Shown: in pieces, positions 63,297-64,000 of the stretch
How the letters are laid out: the number at the start of each line of letters is the position of its first letter
Numbering within the stretch: the stretch's first letter is position 1
Assembly (NCBI GenBank): GCA_034439815.1
Contig: JAWXBD010000173.1
Location: 1,874-65,873 of the forward strand
Direction: 5' to 3'
Length of the DNA stretch: 64,000 bases
From: Phycisphaerae bacterium
GTDB taxonomy: Bacteria > Planctomycetota > Phycisphaerae > Phycisphaerales > SM1A02
The notes under the pieces: model-generated
What the model was told of the DNA's origin: nothing
Seen by the model: the letters and a program-made list of their open reading frames with translations, nothing else
Databases searched by the model: none
Made by a program: the position numbers and the translations under genes

Positions 63297-64000
63297 CTAC
63301 GGAGTGCAACCGATCGCAGCCAACGAGGCGCGCACGGCGGCGTCGGGAAGGACAACACCTGACTCGACGGAACCGATCGCGCGAGGCACGACAAATCGCA
63401 CGATCCCGGCATCGGCCTTCTTGTCGAATCCCATGCGCGCGAGCACCGTGCTGGCTGACACCTGGTGCGTCCCAGGGTGCGTCCCAGGGTGCGTCCCAGG
63501 GTGCGTCCTAGGGTGCGAACCAGGCTGCGCCCCAGCGTGCAAACCGTGCCGAGCGTCCCCCGCGAGCGACGTCGGCAAACCCATCCGCGCGAGCAACGCC
63601 CGCACGCGGTCGGTGAGTGCCCCATCGCCGCCGGCGAACGTCGCCGCAACTGTTCCGATCGCAACTGCTTCGCCATGCGTGAGATCTACTCCGGGAATCG
63701 TCTCGATCGCGTGGCCGAAAGTGTGGCCGAGATTGAGCACGGCGCGCAAGCCCTTCTCGCGCGGGTCGAGCGAGACGATGCGCGCCTTGACCGCGACGCT
63801 CCGCGCGATCAGGTCCTCGACGACGCGGCGGTCGAGGCGAAGGATCTCGTCCACGGACTGTTCGAGGAACGCAAAGTGAGCTTCCCCATCGATCATCGCA
63901 TGCTTCACGCACTCCGCGAGACCTGAGCGGAGCTCGCGCGGCGGCAGCGTCGCGAGCAGCGTCGGATCGGCGATCACCTCGAGCGGACGCCAGAATGCTC
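63297..64000 (-). CDS. aroB: 3-dehydroquinate synthase; the 5' part lies beyond the right edge
   Basis: LPPRELRSGLAECVKHAMI, NLGHTFGHAIE, LTHGEAVAIG. The reading frame stays open upstream of the tracked GTG to nt 64000 (AFWRPLEVIADP...). It contains an in-frame 12-nt repeat insertion. Confidence 0.9.
   Translation of the reverse strand, partial: AFWRPLEVIADPTLLATLPPRELRSGLAECVKHAMIDGEAHFAFLEQSVDEILRLDRRVVEDLIARSVAVKARIVSLDPREKGLRAVLNLGHTFGHAIETIPGVDLTHGEAVAIGTVAATFAGGDGALTDRVRALLARMGLPTSLAGDARHGLHAGAQPGSHPRTHPGTHPGTHPGTHQVSASTVLARMGFDKKADAGIVRFVVPRAIGSVESGVVLPDAAVRASLAAIGCTP
63465..63548. repeat. 12-nt tandem repeat (gtgcgtcccagg): 3 perfect copies followed by about 4 progressively degenerate copies, inside aroB
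   Basis: Direct reading. The minus-strand translation is ...AQPGSHPRTHPGTHPGTHPGTHQ... (HPGT tetrapeptide repeat). Confidence 0.95.

Overview
High-GC bacterial chromosomal segment, densely coding: about 55 CDS. I found no rRNA or tRNA genes, no transposase or integrase, and no CRISPR array. The gene content suggests a Planctomycetota/PVC-like organism (inference only): ECF-sigma/Ser-Thr-kinase pairs, a kinase-FGE-sulfatase fusion, many prepilin-type proteins, DUF4139 and DUF2752 envelope proteins, and an orphan mraZ.

Layout:
- 1-13.3 kb: housekeeping and signalling genes (STK, ECF sigma, folD, thioredoxin-like, oxidoreductases, ROK kinase, HutF-like amidohydrolase, S9 peptidase, folE).
- 13.25-17.46 kb: a two-gene module, an alpha/beta-hydrolase-caspase fusion followed by a thermolysin-like Zn peptidase. 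Neither has a signal peptide. This is the best candidate for an undescribed conflict or cell-suicide system.
- 18.4-19.9 kb: glyQS.
- 20-32 kb: a 12-kb all-minus-strand type IV filament (T4P/T2SS-like) supercluster. Transcription order is four minor pseudopilins, sensor kinase, STAS, PilB, PilC, PilM, PilN, PilO, a PilP-like protein, then the major pilin. Seven junctions are 4-nt start/stop overlaps. The PilB N-terminus carries an MshEN-type c-di-GMP motif. A CheY receiver and a GAF-HD-GYP phosphodiesterase are transcribed divergently.
- 34-41.5 kb: GT2, astD, astA, an aminotransferase, an M20 peptidase and dapF.
- 41.5-48.7 kb: M48 peptidase, a lipoprotein, nifU-like, csrA, a roughly 440-nt structured non-coding stretch, mraZ, a flavin reductase and an amidohydrolase.
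- 48.7-54.5 kb: an envelope cluster (DUF2752, two lipoproteins, a GT-like protein, two DUF4139 paralogs).
- 54.6-64 kb: a sigma2-STK-TPR fusion coupled to an M19 dipeptidase, a serB-serA fusion, a ParA-CBM48 fusion with a partner protein, and a partial aroB.

Short tandem repeats with 3-, 5-, 12-, 13-, 14- and 15-nt units recur across the window. The ones inside CDS are in frame. The six-frame track is full of long antisense shadow ORFs, as expected for high-GC DNA, and I rejected those.
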